Shown here one piece after another: positions 16,690 to 27,471 of a stretch of DNA of 64,000 nucleotides. The notes beneath the pieces are model-generated. The model saw only the letters and a list, made by a program, of their open reading frames with translations. It did no database searches and was not told the origin of the DNA. Position 1 is the first letter of the stretch. Every line of letters starts with the position of its first letter. The position numbers and the translations under genes were made by a program. The DNA is from an uncultured Bacteriovoracaceae bacterium (GTDB taxonomy: Bacteria > Bdellovibrionota > UBA1018). The stretch lies in the NCBI GenBank assembly GCA_964363305.1, contig CAYIHX010000016.1, positions 6,824 to 70,823 on the forward strand. The letters are read 5' to 3'.

Positions 16690-17606
16690 AGAGGGCACCT
16701 CGCAGCTGGGGTCCTGGCTTCATCGCGCTCGCCGCGTTTCTCTGGGCGACCGATGCGCTTTTTCGCATGCCAGCGCTCGATCATTTTACACCCACGGCCA
16801 TCGTGTTCATCGAACACCTCCTCGCCGTCATCGCAATGACCCCGTTCATCCTTTACCGTCATCGCGCAAAGACCTTTGACCTCACTCGCTCCGAATGGAT
16901 CTCGGCCATTTGGGTCGGCCTGCTCGGCTCAGGAGTCGCCACGCTGCTCTTTACGACCAGCTTCCAAACCCTGAACCCTTCCATCGCAATTCTCCTTCAA
17001 AAAATTCAACCCATCCTTGTTATTTTCCTCGCCGTCCTCTTCCTGAAAGAAACCATCACGATCGAGTTTATTTTCTGGGGCGCGCTTGCGATCGCCTCGG
17101 CCACCGCCTTAGGTTTCTCTGCCACCTCTTCTGACCTCCCCGCTTCCTCCACTTCTACCATGGGCGTTTTTTATAGTCTGGGAGCGGCATTCATCTGGGC
17201 CGTCTCGACCGTCGCAGGCAAGGTCCTTCTCAAACGTCACAGCGCCCCGCTCGCGACCTTTTGGCGCTTCGTCTTTGGCCTGCTTGGACTTTCAGTACTC
17301 GTCCTACTGGAAAGCTCCCCCTGGCTTCCTTCTCTGGGAGCAACAAACGTTTTTCTCGGCCTCTTGTATATCAGCCTTATTCCCGGGTTAGCCGCGATGC
17401 TCGCCTACTACGCGGGCCTGGATCGGACCCCAGCCTCGACCGTCACGATCATCGAGCTACTGTTCCCGATCTGTGCTGTCTTGCTCAACACGCTTTTCCT
17501 CGGAACCAGCTTAAATATCACTCAAACTCTGTCAGGGGCGCTGCTGCTGATCAGCGTTACCCTGGGTACTCGGGGGAATCTGAAACCCAATCCCCGCTCG
17601 CACTGA
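16686..17606 (+). CDS. EamA/DMT-superfamily transporter
   Basis: Ten predicted TM helices in two EamA-like repeats. ATGA overlap with the trmFO stop. Confidence 0.75.
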   Translation: MKRAPRSWGPGFIALAAFLWATDALFRMPALDHFTPTAIVFIEHLLAVIAMTPFILYRHRAKTFDLTRSEWISAIWVGLLGSGVATLLFTTSFQTLNPSIAILLQKIQPILVIFLAVLFLKETITIEFIFWGALAIASATALGFSATSSDLPASSTSTMGVFYSLGAAFIWAVSTVAGKVLLKRHSAPLATFWRFVFGLLGLSVLVLLESSPWLPSLGATNVFLGLLYISLIPGLAAMLAYYAGLDRTPASTVTIIELLFPICAVLLNTLFLGTSLNITQTLSGALLLISVTLGTRGNLKPNPRSH

Positions 17607-18776
17607 AAAAAAAGCCCGAGGTCCGGCCCCCCCTCCGTCCTGCGGATAGAGACTCGCCCCGACGAAGATGCGCTCAAAAAAACCATCAGAATTCAGCAAA
17701 ATTCCAGCATTCGCCATTAATAAGGCAGAAGTCTTTCCATGAGCCCACCAGGTCTCGATCCCTCCGCCTGCCTCAGCGAAAATAAAATCAAATAAATGAA
17801 CCGCAGGTAGCAGCGCCAACTGCGTCGTAGGAAATATTTTTCCATCCGTCTGACTTTTCAGAAAGGCGCCGCCCAAATGCGCGCGCACATGCAAGAGCGA
17901 CCACAAGACTCTCATCGACGGATTCCAACTGAGGTGACCGGTCAAAAACGGATCTCGGAATTGGGCCCCCTTCAGCTCGGTCTGGACGTAGGCGCTCGCG
18001 CTGAACAACCAGGGGCGAAAAGTTCTGCCGTAATTTTTCGCTGGTGTCCGCGCGACTGCCTCTTGCGCGGCTACCAGCGTTTGCGGCCGGGCATCCGGAT
18101 CGCTCCGAACCATCGCCATCACTTCCGGCTGCTGATACTCGAATTCCTTCAGGTATTTATCCTTATTAAACTTCTTCACCGCATCGATCTTATCCCCATC
18201 CGCGGAGACCGATTGCCCTTCACGAATCTTTACCGAATTGCCGGCAAGCAGGCTTGCGTCATCTTTCGCGACTTCCACGAGTCCTTCCAAGGTGTGGACT
18301 TCCGCAGTATTCAACCCTTCGGCCGCTTGAAAGACGAAATCCGTGCCACGCACGCCCATGACGGCCGCCCTGCTTCTCACCGCAAAGCGTGGGGGGCCGG
18401 AAGGGTATGCACCTTTCGGCTTAGGCACCATGCCGCGGACCTGGCCGTATGAAATCTCGTTCCACTGAGTCTCTCCGTTGTTTTTACCGAGCACGACGTC
18501 AGTGCCCCGACCCAGAAAAAGCTTCGATCCGTCGACGTATTTTATGACTGCGGAAGTATGGGGACCCGTTCGAAGGTGGTCCCCCACGTCAAGACGAGTC
18601 CCTCTCTCTGCCGTGGCGTTCTTTCCGTCGGATTTGATGACGACGATGACATGGTCACCCTCGACCGAAAGCACGATCGGACCGCCTTGCTGCGGTTCCG
18701 TTGCCGCCCAGGCCGAAACCACGCCAAAAAAGACCAAAGTTACAATACTGGTTCGCATTCCATCGCGTTGACTCAC
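17532..18776 (-). CDS. Secreted FecR-domain protein with C-terminal hydrophobic/beta-rich region
   Basis: Signal peptide. VMGVRGTDFVFQ and surrounding region look like the FecR domain. Confidence 0.5.
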   Translation of the reverse strand: MSQRDGMRTSIVTLVFFGVVSAWAATEPQQGGPIVLSVEGDHVIVVIKSDGKNATAERGTRLDVGDHLRTGPHTSAVIKYVDGSKLFLGRGTDVVLGKNNGETQWNEISYGQVRGMVPKPKGAYPSGPPRFAVRSRAAVMGVRGTDFVFQAAEGLNTAEVHTLEGLVEVAKDDASLLAGNSVKIREGQSVSADGDKIDAVKKFNKDKYLKEFEYQQPEVMAMVRSDPDARPQTLVAAQEAVARTPAKNYGRTFRPWLFSASAYVQTELKGAQFRDPFLTGHLSWNPSMRVLWSLLHVRAHLGGAFLKSQTDGKIFPTTQLALLPAVHLFDFIFAEAGGGIETWWAHGKTSALLMANAGILLNSDGFFERIFVGASLYPQDGGGAGPRAFFSVRAGIGFQIPPSTQGNADQQQRP

Positions 18777-18841
18777 GCCTCGAGCGTATTCGAAATCTTT
18801 CCCTTTGAAAACAACAGGCTTTCGTCATTAGACTCGGAGTC

Positions 18842-19414
18842 ATGAAATACAAACGACGCATATTTCTGATCGACAAACCTTTCCAGCTCCGGTTCTCGAT
18901 CTACACGGTCACCTGGGTTGCGGCACTCGGGATTGCCTATCCTCTGATTATTCAGAATATGGTCGACGCCCTCATCAAGGTGATGCGCGTCACCGTCGAT
19001 GGTCCGGGCCTCACACAGCTCCTGGAGCTAAAAAAACAAGTCACGCAGCAGCTCATTATTAGCCAAATCGGTGCGGTTATCGTCATTTTTGTCATCAGCA
19101 TCTTTGTGTCTCATCGAATCGCCGGGCCCATCTACAAAATGAGAAAATTTTTCAGCGACCTCGCGAAAGGCGATTTCAGTCAATCTCTCCACTTCCGAAA
19201 GACTGACTACTTTCAGAACCTGGCCCAGGACTACAACTCCATGGTAAGTGGCCTTCGTGCCCACTATACTAAAAACTTTGACGCCGCCCACGCTGCACTC
19301 GCCCGTCTGGAGGCATGCGCGCCACGAGCGGGCGAAGCTCGCAAAGAAGTGGACGAAGCCATTTCTCTTCTACGCGAGATCCGCGAGCGGTCCGAAAAAC
19401 GCACCGCACAATAG
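18842..19414 (+). CDS. Small membrane protein with a HAMP-like domain
   Basis: Two TMs, then HRIAGPIYKMRKFFSDLAKGDFSQSLHFRKTDYFQNLAQDYNSMVSGLRA (HAMP-like amphipathic helices). No output domain. Confidence 0.5.
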   Translation: MKYKRRIFLIDKPFQLRFSIYTVTWVAALGIAYPLIIQNMVDALIKVMRVTVDGPGLTQLLELKKQVTQQLIISQIGAVIVIFVISIFVSHRIAGPIYKMRKFFSDLAKGDFSQSLHFRKTDYFQNLAQDYNSMVSGLRAHYTKNFDAAHAALARLEACAPRAGEARKEVDEAISLLREIRERSEKRTAQ

Positions 19415-19428
19415 CCCACCCAGTCGTC

Positions 19429-21321
19429 ATGAGTGAAAGTTTGATTCGCTTCAGACCCCATCGGCTCTCCATCCTGATTTGCCTCCTCTCTACTCACGCA
19501 TCGTGGGCTGCGAGAACCCCGCCTGCCCCCCCGGTCACCTGGGAAACCCGAGTTACGGAATCTGGTCAGCCGATCGACCTCATTCTTGAAAAGGCAAAAA
19601 AAACCAGACCCGACCTGAACGCGAAAGCATTGAAACAAGCCTCCGTGGCTCTTGCTGCGCAAAAATGGCTCGCCGCCAGGGCAACTGTCCAAAAAGTAGT
19701 GAGAGACCGGGTGTACGGCCCGCTGGCCAGTCGCCTGATCGGTCAAACCCACCTCGGTCTCGCATTGCAAAGACTCAAGGAAAAGCAATGGGCAAACGCT
19801 GAAAGCGCCGCGCGATACGACTATGCGTCGTCGGAGGATAGCGGCCGCGCCAACCTCATCATCGGCGAAAGCCGATCCAAACGAAAACTTCATTCGACGG
19901 CCCTCGATGCCTTCCACGATGGTTTCCAAAAGCTCCTCGGGGCGGGGCGCCTGAGTTCCGTTGAGGTCTCGGCCATCAGCTCATTCGCGGAAAGTTGCGC
20001 GACGACCAAACGGCTATTCTGCCGAGTATGGATTCAGAGACTTCTTGCCCTCTACCCGAAGGACTCCGCCGAATTCGCGGCTCTCCAAGGCCGATTCCCG
20101 GAGCAGGCCTTGCAGCTCAAATCGTCCTGGTCTGGATCAAAACTCACTCAAGCCTACAAAGCACCTGACCCGGACCAGACTGCCTTTGATGCCGCTTTTG
20201 ACTTCATTCTCCAGCGGCAATATTCGCGTGGAACGAAAGATCTCCAGAAATTTCTGGATGAATTTCCCCGCTCCCAACATCGACACCGGGCTCGTTTCTG
20301 GCTCGCGCAAGCGCTCTCCACCCATAACGATCACGAACGCGCCCAACGTCTCTTCGAGCAGGTGATTCGCGATGCGCCTCTCAGTTTTCACGCTCTCGCC
20401 GCCGCTCTTGCCCTCGGAGTCACCCCTGAAACGGCCATCTCGGCGACGCTCCCCAATGCGCAAAGCTTTGATGCGAATCTGCAGCCCGCCGATTACATCC
20501 GTATCGAGCGAGCCGAAGGGCTTCTCGCCGTCGGCGCGCGCGATCTCGCTGCCGACGAGCTTCGGGAGTTTCGAGCAAAAGATTCTCTCTCGAATGGCTT
20601 TCTCTACTACCTCGCAGTCCTTGCAGGTCAGGTCGGCGCTCACCTCACCTCATTTGGCGCCCTGAGTGAACTGATCAACCGGGGCGCTGATGCAGCCTAT
20701 TCGTCTCATGCCCTCCCTCTGGTCTTCCCTTCCCCCTACTATGATCTGATTCTCAAAACCGCGGAGTCATTTGATCTCGACCCTTTGCTCGTATTGAGCC
20801 TCATCAAGCAAGAAAGCGCTTTCGAAGCAGGAATCGCCTCGTCGGTCGGCGCCCAGGGGCTCATGCAACTCATGCCAGCCACGGCAGCCGATACTGAGCC
20901 CGGCCTTGAAAGAGCACGGCTAAGCGAACCTGAAACCAATATTCGGGTGGGTGCCCACTACCTAAAAAAAATGCTCAGCCGCTTCAACGGCAATGTGGCA
21001 TTCGCGCTCGCCGCATATAACGCAGGCCCTGGAGCAGTGGACCGTTGGATTCGCGAAAATCGCGCGAACCGGGGCCTCCTAGAATTTATCGAACAGATTC
21101 CTTATCGCGAGACTCGTGACTATGTCGGCTCGATCATTCGAAATTATTTCTGGTACTCGCGGACTCTCGCGAAGGAACCGCTGCGCGACCTCGACCGTTT
21201 CTATCTCGCACAGGCCATCCAGCCGGTGCCAACGCCATCTACGATTCCATTGCTGATACCGATACCCTCGCTACCGAACGAGCCGATACCGCAGCCACAG
21301 GCCGGACCCGGCGGAATTTAG
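19429..21321 (+). CDS. slt: Soluble lytic murein transglycosylase (Slt70-like): superhelical N-domain plus C-terminal lysozyme-like domain
   Basis: C-terminal LIKQESAFEAGIASSVGAQGLMQLMPATA ... ALAAYNAGPGAV, with a catalytic E-S motif. Signal peptide at MSESLIRFRPHRLSILICLLSTHASWA. The ORF-track start at 19315 overlaps the upstream gene. Confidence 0.75.
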   Translation: MSESLIRFRPHRLSILICLLSTHASWAARTPPAPPVTWETRVTESGQPIDLILEKAKKTRPDLNAKALKQASVALAAQKWLAARATVQKVVRDRVYGPLASRLIGQTHLGLALQRLKEKQWANAESAARYDYASSEDSGRANLIIGESRSKRKLHSTALDAFHDGFQKLLGAGRLSSVEVSAISSFAESCATTKRLFCRVWIQRLLALYPKDSAEFAALQGRFPEQALQLKSSWSGSKLTQAYKAPDPDQTAFDAAFDFILQRQYSRGTKDLQKFLDEFPRSQHRHRARFWLAQALSTHNDHERAQRLFEQVIRDAPLSFHALAAALALGVTPETAISATLPNAQSFDANLQPADYIRIERAEGLLAVGARDLAADELREFRAKDSLSNGFLYYLAVLAGQVGAHLTSFGALSELINRGADAAYSSHALPLVFPSPYYDLILKTAESFDLDPLLVLSLIKQESAFEAGIASSVGAQGLMQLMPATAADTEPGLERARLSEPETNIRVGAHYLKKMLSRFNGNVAFALAAYNAGPGAVDRWIRENRANRGLLEFIEQIPYRETRDYVGSIIRNYFWYSRTLAKEPLRDLDRFYLAQAIQPVPTPSTIPLLIPIPSLPNEPIPQPQAGPGGI

Positions 21322-21327
21322 GCCCGC

Positions 21328-22761
21328 CTATTTGATGTAAGGACTCGTACCGGCGTCATGATCAGTGACATCCAGAACCTCATGCACACTGGGCAAATGC
21401 GCCTTGAGCGTCTTCTCGATCCCCTGTTTAAGCGTCATTTGAGCCGCTCCGCATCCCTGACAACCCCCGCTCAGACGGAGAGAGACCCGCCCCTTACTGA
21501 AGTCGACCAGCTCGGCTCGGCCTCCGTGCCCCGCTAATCCGGGATTGATCAAGTCTCGCAAAACTTGCTCGATCTTTTCCCGGTCGCCGCCTCCACCTGA
21601 ACCTGAAGAGACCACCGCCGGAGCGGGAATTACATCTCGCGCCGCTTCTTCACAATAAGCCCGCAGCTTCTTGTACGGATAAATCCCAGTGGAATGATCA
21701 TCCGAAAAAGTGACCGTCAAAGCGTAACGACCTACGGCCGATAAGCTCAAAATCCGGATGTCGCCCGGGACCGAAAAAGGATTCAAGATCCTCTTGCCAC
21801 TGTTCTCATCAATGCAGGCCGCGCATCCGCAACGAATCCGCAAACTGTAGGGATGAAAAACCGACTCCTTCCCCTCGGGCCACACCACCCGAAGCTTGCC
21901 GTCCTCGGTCAAGTTCACTTCGCGCGGCTCGCCCATCGAAACATCGAGGCCCATTGAAACAATCTGCGTCTCAAGCTGAGCAGCGAGAGCACGAAACGCA
22001 GCAGCCGCTGGAGATTCTTTCGCGGACTCAAGGATCGAAATGCCCGAATCTCCGCTCATCATCACCGCCGGATCGAGAGGGACCGCGCCCAAGAAAGGCA
22101 GCTTCTGCTCAGCTGCCAGCGCCTGCCCGCCGCCTGTTTTAAAAATGGCGGTCTCCTCGCCGCAGTGGGAGCAGGTGAAGCCACTCATATTCTCGATCAC
22201 GCCCAAAATAGGCACGTTGACCTGCTGGAACATTTTCAAACCCTTTTTCGCGATCCCCATGGCCACCTGCTGCGGCGTCGTCACGATGATCACCCCCGAA
22301 AGGCGGGCGTGCTGCGCTAACGTCAGTTGGACATCACCGGTGCCCGGAGGCAGATCGAGAAGAAGATAATCCAACTCTCCCCAGGCCACTCCACCGAGGA
22401 ACTGGTGAATCATCTTCACCGCCATCGGAGCACGCCACACGACCGGACCATCGTTGGGCACCAGCAAACCCATCGACATGAACTTTACGCCCTGATTCTC
22501 CGTCGGAATCAGCAGCCCCTGCTCATCTGTTGATCCGCCCTTGCCGACTAGCCCCCCCGAACCCAGCATTCCAGGCTGACTCGGGCCGTAGATATCCGCA
22601 TCGAGAATCCCCACTCTGGCGCCCTGAGCACGTAGCGCATGGGCCAGGTTAGTGGTCACCGTAGATTTACCTACCCCACCCTTGCCACTCGCGACCGCGA
22701 TGATGAAGCGCACCTTCGAAAGGGCGGGCTGGGGCTGATTCTGCTCTGTGGGTCGATTCAT
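21328..22761 (-). CDS. apbC: Mrp/ApbC-type Fe-S cluster carrier ATPase fused to C-terminal DUF971-like and NifU/Nfu-like domains
   Basis: AVASGKGGVGKSTVTTNLAHAL deviant Walker A and CxxC (CSHCGEE), then ...RIRCGCAACIDE... (DUF971-like) and ...GGCQGCGAAQMTLKQGIEKTLKAHLP (Nfu CxxC). Start placed at ATG 22761 (MNRPTEQ...). Confidence 0.75.
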   Translation of the reverse strand: MNRPTEQNQPQPALSKVRFIIAVASGKGGVGKSTVTTNLAHALRAQGARVGILDADIYGPSQPGMLGSGGLVGKGGSTDEQGLLIPTENQGVKFMSMGLLVPNDGPVVWRAPMAVKMIHQFLGGVAWGELDYLLLDLPPGTGDVQLTLAQHARLSGVIIVTTPQQVAMGIAKKGLKMFQQVNVPILGVIENMSGFTCSHCGEETAIFKTGGGQALAAEQKLPFLGAVPLDPAVMMSGDSGISILESAKESPAAAAFRALAAQLETQIVSMGLDVSMGEPREVNLTEDGKLRVVWPEGKESVFHPYSLRIRCGCAACIDENSGKRILNPFSVPGDIRILSLSAVGRYALTVTFSDDHSTGIYPYKKLRAYCEEAARDVIPAPAVVSSGSGGGGDREKIEQVLRDLINPGLAGHGGRAELVDFSKGRVSLRLSGGCQGCGAAQMTLKQGIEKTLKAHLPSVHEVLDVTDHDAGTSPYIK

Positions 22762-22771
22762 AGATCCCTCA

Positions 22772-23872
22772 CTAAACCGCGAACCTGAAATGCATGATGT
22801 CACCGTCGCGCACCACGTACTCTTTGCCTTCGAGCCGCAAGGCGCCTGCATCCCGAATCGCGGCTTCACTTTTATATTTCATCAGATCGTCAAAGTGAAA
22901 TACCTCCGCCTTGATGAATCCCTTTTCAAAGTCAGTGTGGATCACCCCAGCGGTTTGGGGCGCCTTCCAACCCTTCTCGAAAGTCCAGGCGCGAACTTCA
23001 ATTTCGCCCGCGGTAAAATAGGTCTGTAGTCCGAGCAACTCGTAACCGGCTCGGATCACCCGGCTCAGGCCCGGCTCCTCCATGCCCATCTCCTTCAGAA
23101 AATCAGCGCGATCTTCCGCCGCTAACTCAGACAGTTCGGCTTCAATCTTCCCGCAAATGGGTACGACCGGGCTGCCTTCCGCTTTTGCGTGTGCCACGAC
23201 CTTCTTCACGAGGGGATTTTCAAAGGGATTGGGCGCACTGTCCTCATCGACGTTCGCGACGTACATGACCTTTTTGGCGGTGATGAAATGATACTCGTAA
23301 ATCGCGGCAAGCTCTTCAGGAGTCAAACCGAGCGAGCGAACGGGATTGCCGGCTTCAAGCGCCGCTTTTACACGCTGGAGAACGCCCAACTGCGCAGCGG
23401 CTTTTTTATCACCTGAACGGGCCTGCTTCTCCACATTTGAGAATTTCTTCGTCACCGACTCTAGATCGGCGAGCATCAGCTCCGTATCGATCACACCGAT
23501 ATCCCGAAGCGGATCAACCGAACCGTCGACGTGAATCACGTTGGGATCCTCAAAACAACGCACGACATGGGCGATCGCGTTCGTTTCACGAATATGCCCC
23601 AAGAACTGATTCCCCAACCCTTCGCCCTTGGAGGCGCCTTTCACGAGGCCGGCGATATCCACGAAGGTCATCGTCGTGGGAATGACTCGATCAGTTTTGA
23701 TATACTGCCGAATCTGTTCCAACCGCGGATCAGGCACTTTGACGATGCCCGTATTCGGCTCAATCGTACAAAAAGGATAGTTAGCCGCCTCCGCTTTCGC
23801 CGAGGTCAACGCATTAAAGATCGTGGATTTTCCCACATTCGGAAGTCCGACAATACCGCACTGAAAGCCCAT
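22772..23872 (-). CDS. ychF: Ribosome-binding ATPase YchF (Obg-family GTPase)
   Basis: [27 protein letters not shown]-domain, ~366 aa. Start refined to ATG 23872. Confidence 0.9.
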   Translation of the reverse strand: MGFQCGIVGLPNVGKSTIFNALTSAKAEAANYPFCTIEPNTGIVKVPDPRLEQIRQYIKTDRVIPTTMTFVDIAGLVKGASKGEGLGNQFLGHIRETNAIAHVVRCFEDPNVIHVDGSVDPLRDIGVIDTELMLADLESVTKKFSNVEKQARSGDKKAAAQLGVLQRVKAALEAGNPVRSLGLTPEELAAIYEYHFITAKKVMYVANVDEDSAPNPFENPLVKKVVAHAKAEGSPVVPICGKIEAELSELAAEDRADFLKEMGMEEPGLSRVIRAGYELLGLQTYFTAGEIEVRAWTFEKGWKAPQTAGVIHTDFEKGFIKAEVFHFDDLMKYKSEAAIRDAGALRLEGKEYVVRDGDIMHFRFAV

Positions 23873-23921
23873 AGTGAGCCAGGAGGTAGCACAGCGCGCG
23901 AGGAAAAACACCTCGCAGCGC

Positions 23922-24500
23922 TCAACTTTGATTATAGCGAGTCATGGCTCCCCGGACGTCGCCCCGAATCATCTGCTCTACTGCATCGGCGATCTGATCC
24001 AAAAGGGGATCAAGGCCTTCAAGCTCCGTCCGTGAAAAAGATTGAAGGACATAATCGACCGGCGCGATCCGCAGATTCAGGGCCCGAGGATGACCAATAC
24101 CGATTCGTACCCGGTGATAGGCATTATTCGACGCACCAAGACATTCATCGATAGAGCGCAGGCCGTTATGCCCTCCAGCTCCTCCTCCCGTTTTGAGTCG
24201 AAAGGACAAGGGTTTCAGATCGAGCTCGTCATGAAGAACGATCGCGTCGCCCGCAGCTAGTTTATGAAACTGGAAAAACGGCGCTACGCACTTCCCGGAG
24301 TCGTTCATGTAAGTCATGGGCTTGATCAGAAGCACCTTTTCGCCTGCGACATCGGCTTGCCAAACTTCGCCGAGATTTTTTCCGGCCGGTCCTTGGGCCT
24401 TCCAACGGTCGACCATCCGATCGAGCGCAAACCAACCCACATTGTGCCGGGTCAGCTCGTACTTCGGACCCGGATTTCCCAATCCAACGACGATCTTCAT
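23922..24500 (-). CDS. pth: Peptidyl-tRNA hydrolase
   Basis: [23 protein letters not shown]... is the canonical Pth N-terminus. Confidence 0.9.
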   Translation of the reverse strand: MKIVVGLGNPGPKYELTRHNVGWFALDRMVDRWKAQGPAGKNLGEVWQADVAGEKVLLIKPMTYMNDSGKCVAPFFQFHKLAAGDAIVLHDELDLKPLSFRLKTGGGAGGHNGLRSIDECLGASNNAYHRVRIGIGHPRALNLRIAPVDYVLQSFSRTELEGLDPLLDQIADAVEQMIRGDVRGAMTRYNQS

Positions 24501-25450
24501 CAGATGAACAAACTGCTCACGCTGTCATAATTATGGATTCGATAGATCGCTTCAGCCAAGAGATCGGCCACCGACAGCTGCGTGATCTTCGAGCACTTCT
24601 TCGCATCCTCACAGAGTGGGATCGTATCCGTCACGATCACCGCCTCGATCGGAGAAGTTTCGATGCGCTCGATGGCCGGCCCCGAAAGGACGCCATGAGT
24701 GGCCGCCGCGAAAACTCGAGTGGCACCATGGGCCAGCACCGCCTGTGCCGCTTCAATCAACGTACCGGCCGTGTCAAACATGTCGTCGAGGATGATCGCC
24801 GTCTTACCACTCACGTCTCCGACGATATTCATCGCCTTCGCGACGTTCGGCCCCGTACGTCGCTTGTCGATCATCGCAACCCCAGCGTCCAGGCGCTTCG
24901 CATACGAACGGGCGCGCTCCACGCCTCCGGCGTCCGGACTCACGATCACCAGCTCACCGACGCCTTTCATCCGTTCTTTTAGATGCTCCAGCAACACGGG
25001 CTGGGAAAAAAGATTGTCGAACGGGATATCGAAGAAACCCTGAATCTGACCTGCGTGCAGATCCATTGAAACCACGCGCGTCGCGCCCGCGGCGACCAGA
25101 AGATCGGCGGCCAGCTTCGCCGTGATGGGAGTGCGAGGCGCCACTTTTCGATCCTGACGGCCATAACCGTAATAAGGCACCACTGCCGTGATTTCTTTCG
25201 CGCTCGCCCGCTTGAGCGCGTCGATCATGATGAGCAGCTCCATCAGCGTGTCATTCACCGGGCGGCAGGTCGGCTGGATGATGTAAACGTCCCGACCGCG
25301 AACATTCTCGCGAATTTCGACGAAAACTTCCCCATCCGAGAAGCGACGAACATCACACTCACCCAGAGTTTTCCCCAACTTCTCGCAAATTTTTTGAGCG
25401 AGCGGGCGATTAGCGTTCCCCGAAAGAATGACCCATTCTCTCCTCCGCAT
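24500..25450 (-). CDS. prs: Ribose-phosphate pyrophosphokinase (PRPP synthetase)
   Basis: [18 protein letters not shown]...DGEVFVEI...IIQPTC... and the C-terminal PRPP-binding DDMFDTAGT. 1-nt stop/start overlap with pth. Confidence 0.9.
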   Translation of the reverse strand: MRRREWVILSGNANRPLAQKICEKLGKTLGECDVRRFSDGEVFVEIRENVRGRDVYIIQPTCRPVNDTLMELLIMIDALKRASAKEITAVVPYYGYGRQDRKVAPRTPITAKLAADLLVAAGATRVVSMDLHAGQIQGFFDIPFDNLFSQPVLLEHLKERMKGVGELVIVSPDAGGVERARSYAKRLDAGVAMIDKRRTGPNVAKAMNIVGDVSGKTAIILDDMFDTAGTLIEAAQAVLAHGATRVFAAATHGVLSGPAIERIETSPIEAVIVTDTIPLCEDAKKCSKITQLSVADLLAEAIYRIHNYDSVSSLFI

Positions 25451-25501
25451 ATTCCGCCTCCTTATAAGGTGCGATTGGGTTACCTCAATTGACGCCGCGT
25501 C

Positions 25502-26116
25502 TCAAGCCCGAGGTGGGCTGGTCTCCAAGAAAAATGGAACCAACCGGGCCTGGCGTAGCACTTCGGCCAGGGAACCCTCGGTATCGAGTCGTTTCCAATC
25601 TAAGGCCGGTTCGCGAAGCTCCAGGTATTCCAAGGCAATGGCCACATCCCAGCCACCGCAGGTCAGGTCCTGCCGAGCCCCCCAAAAAACCTCCGCCGAA
25701 GGCCGGGCGAGGACTGCCAGGGTTCGGGTCAGAACTTCGTTCGCATCCGAAAGGGTCGCCCCGTCTGGTTGTTTCTTTTGGCGTTCGAGAAATGACTGCA
25801 CCGTGTAAGTCATGAGCCCCACGGCCAAGGTCGACGCCTGCCTGACCTGCGCTCGACGGGCGAGATCCGCCTGAGGGGGCCAGATCGACGCCAGGCCAGC
25901 GTCTTCGAGATGCTCGAGAATGATGCTTGAATCGGCAAGGGGAGCCCCAGAAGGGAGCAACAACAGCGGAACCTGGCCCAAGGGGTTGGCCTGCAAGAAC
26001 GCCTCGGTCGGATGAAAAACATCGATGACGCAATCCTCCGCTTTCAAACCAGATCGGGCCAACGCGAGGCGCACTCGGCGCGCAAAAGGGGAGCGCAGGG
26101 AATAGAAGAGTCTCAT
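25502..26116 (-). CDS. Glutathione S-transferase-family protein
   Basis: Thioredoxin-like N-domain (MRLFYSLRSPFARRVRLALARSGL...NPLGQVPLL) and a helical C-domain. Confidence 0.7.
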   Translation of the reverse strand: MRLFYSLRSPFARRVRLALARSGLKAEDCVIDVFHPTEAFLQANPLGQVPLLLLPSGAPLADSSIILEHLEDAGLASIWPPQADLARRAQVRQASTLAVGLMTYTVQSFLERQKKQPDGATLSDANEVLTRTLAVLARPSAEVFWGARQDLTCGGWDVAIALEYLELREPALDWKRLDTEGSLAEVLRQARLVPFFLETSPPRA

Positions 26117-26144
26117 ACCCCTGTCATAGCCCGCCTCGGGGACA

Positions 26145-26176
26145 GATATTCAAGCTCCCCAGATATTCAAGCTCCC
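26145..26176. repeat. Perfect tandem direct repeat, 2 x 16 bp AGATATTCAAGCTCCC, in a divergent intergenic region
   Basis: Exact duplication seen in the sequence between the GST start (26116, -) and the start of the next gene (26205, +). Confidence 0.6.
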
Positions 26177-26204
26177 GGCAAAAAAAGCCGATCTGAAAGC
26201 ACGT

Positions 26205-26657
26205 ATGTGGGACAACCCCGGGTATTACTCCAGACAGATCGGCCGGCAACGCCGCTTTCAGCTGGAGCAGGACCGAAAAAGAAACCTGGCTGAAGCTCAA
26301 CGACGGGCCACGCGACCTTTGATGAGAAAAATACGGGCGCAAATCAAAATTTCGACTCATCCCAGTCGCCCGGACGAGACTTTCGGGGCCTGGACCGCCC
26401 TCGCAGACGTAAATCGCAAGATCGGTGAATTTTTTGTCACCGACAAGGTCGAGGTCGGTGAGGAAGTGGCGCTCATTCTGGAATCAAAGGAAACCATCTA
26501 TCTCCGTGCTCAAATCCTTCGCTGTCATGAATTCGAGAGCACGAACCGAATCATCTCGCCAACGAAGTATCGGTACCGCGTCACCGTGCGATTTCTCTAC
26601 GAGCATCCCGACGAGCAAAACGTATTTCAGGAGTATCTGGCCGTCGCAGCGGCCTAG
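26205..26657 (+). CDS. Hypothetical small protein, weakly PilZ-like
   Basis: Arg-rich N-terminus with an RRATR (RxxxR) element, then DVNRKIG about 30 aa later. Spacing and residues are only loosely PilZ-like. Confidence 0.35.
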   Translation: MWDNPGYYSRQIGRQRRFQLEQDRKRNLAEAQRRATRPLMRKIRAQIKISTHPSRPDETFGAWTALADVNRKIGEFFVTDKVEVGEEVALILESKETIYLRAQILRCHEFESTNRIISPTKYRYRVTVRFLYEHPDEQNVFQEYLAVAAA

Positions 26658-26664
26658 CTGCACC

Positions 26665-27468
26665 ATGGCTCGACATGAACTGACTGCTCTTCCTGATGGC
26701 TCCTTCACGCTGACCGAGAGTCAGTCAGGACAAGCGATGCACTCGCGCCTCGGTACCTGGGAAGAAGCGCGACGGGTCTATCTCGAGCCCAGCAGGGTGG
26801 AAGAAAAAGGCCCTGCAGAGGAAGTCGTGATCTGGGACGTCGGAATGGGAATCGCCGCCAACGCCCTGACTGCGATCGCCCACACGCGCTGTCGACTCAG
26901 GATCATCAGCTTCGAAAACGACCTCGACGGCATGTGCACCGCGCTCGCTCACGCCGAACGGTTTGACCTCCTCCTGCGTTTCCGCCGAGAACTGGCGCAG
27001 CTGGTTTCCGAGAAATCAATCAGCCTTGAAAACGGACGGGTGAACTGGCAGCTCCTGGAAGGAAACTTTTTCGCATGCCTGCGGCAAAACGTCGATCTGC
27101 CTGACCTCATTTTCTGGGATTTTTACTCTCCCTCGGTATTTCCATCACTTTGGAGCACCGGCTCCTTCCGCGCCATCCTGCCCCACCTGAAGCCCAGCAC
27201 CCTGCTGCTCACCTACGCGGCTGCCACGCCCGTGCGAAGCGCGATGATCCTTGCGGGCCTGCAAGTCGGCCGGGGAGTTGCAACCCCAGCCAAGTCAGAG
27301 ACGACCGAGGCCAGTCTGGATCGGTCGGGCCTTCGCGCCCCGCTAGGCCCTGAGTGGCTGAGAAAGGTCTCCGTATCCAGCCAGCCCTTTCCCTATGATT
27401 TTCCAGAGCCCCTCGACCGTGCGAAACTTCTTTCGCTTCTCCAGGAAAGCCCTCATTTTAATGAATGA
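26665..27468 (+). CDS. MnmC-like (DUF752) SAM-dependent methyltransferase-domain protein
   Basis: N-terminus LPDGSFTLTESQSGQAMHSRLGTWEEARRVYL matches the conserved start of the MnmC C-domain/MnmD. The upstream ORF extension overlaps the preceding gene, so the start is placed at ATG 26665. Confidence 0.5.
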   Translation: MARHELTALPDGSFTLTESQSGQAMHSRLGTWEEARRVYLEPSRVEEKGPAEEVVIWDVGMGIAANALTAIAHTRCRLRIISFENDLDGMCTALAHAERFDLLLRFRRELAQLVSEKSISLENGRVNWQLLEGNFFACLRQNVDLPDLIFWDFYSPSVFPSLWSTGSFRAILPHLKPSTLLLTYAAATPVRSAMILAGLQVGRGVATPAKSETTEASLDRSGLRAPLGPEWLRKVSVSSQPFPYDFPEPLDRAKLLSLLQESPHFNE

Positions 27469-27471
27469 ACT

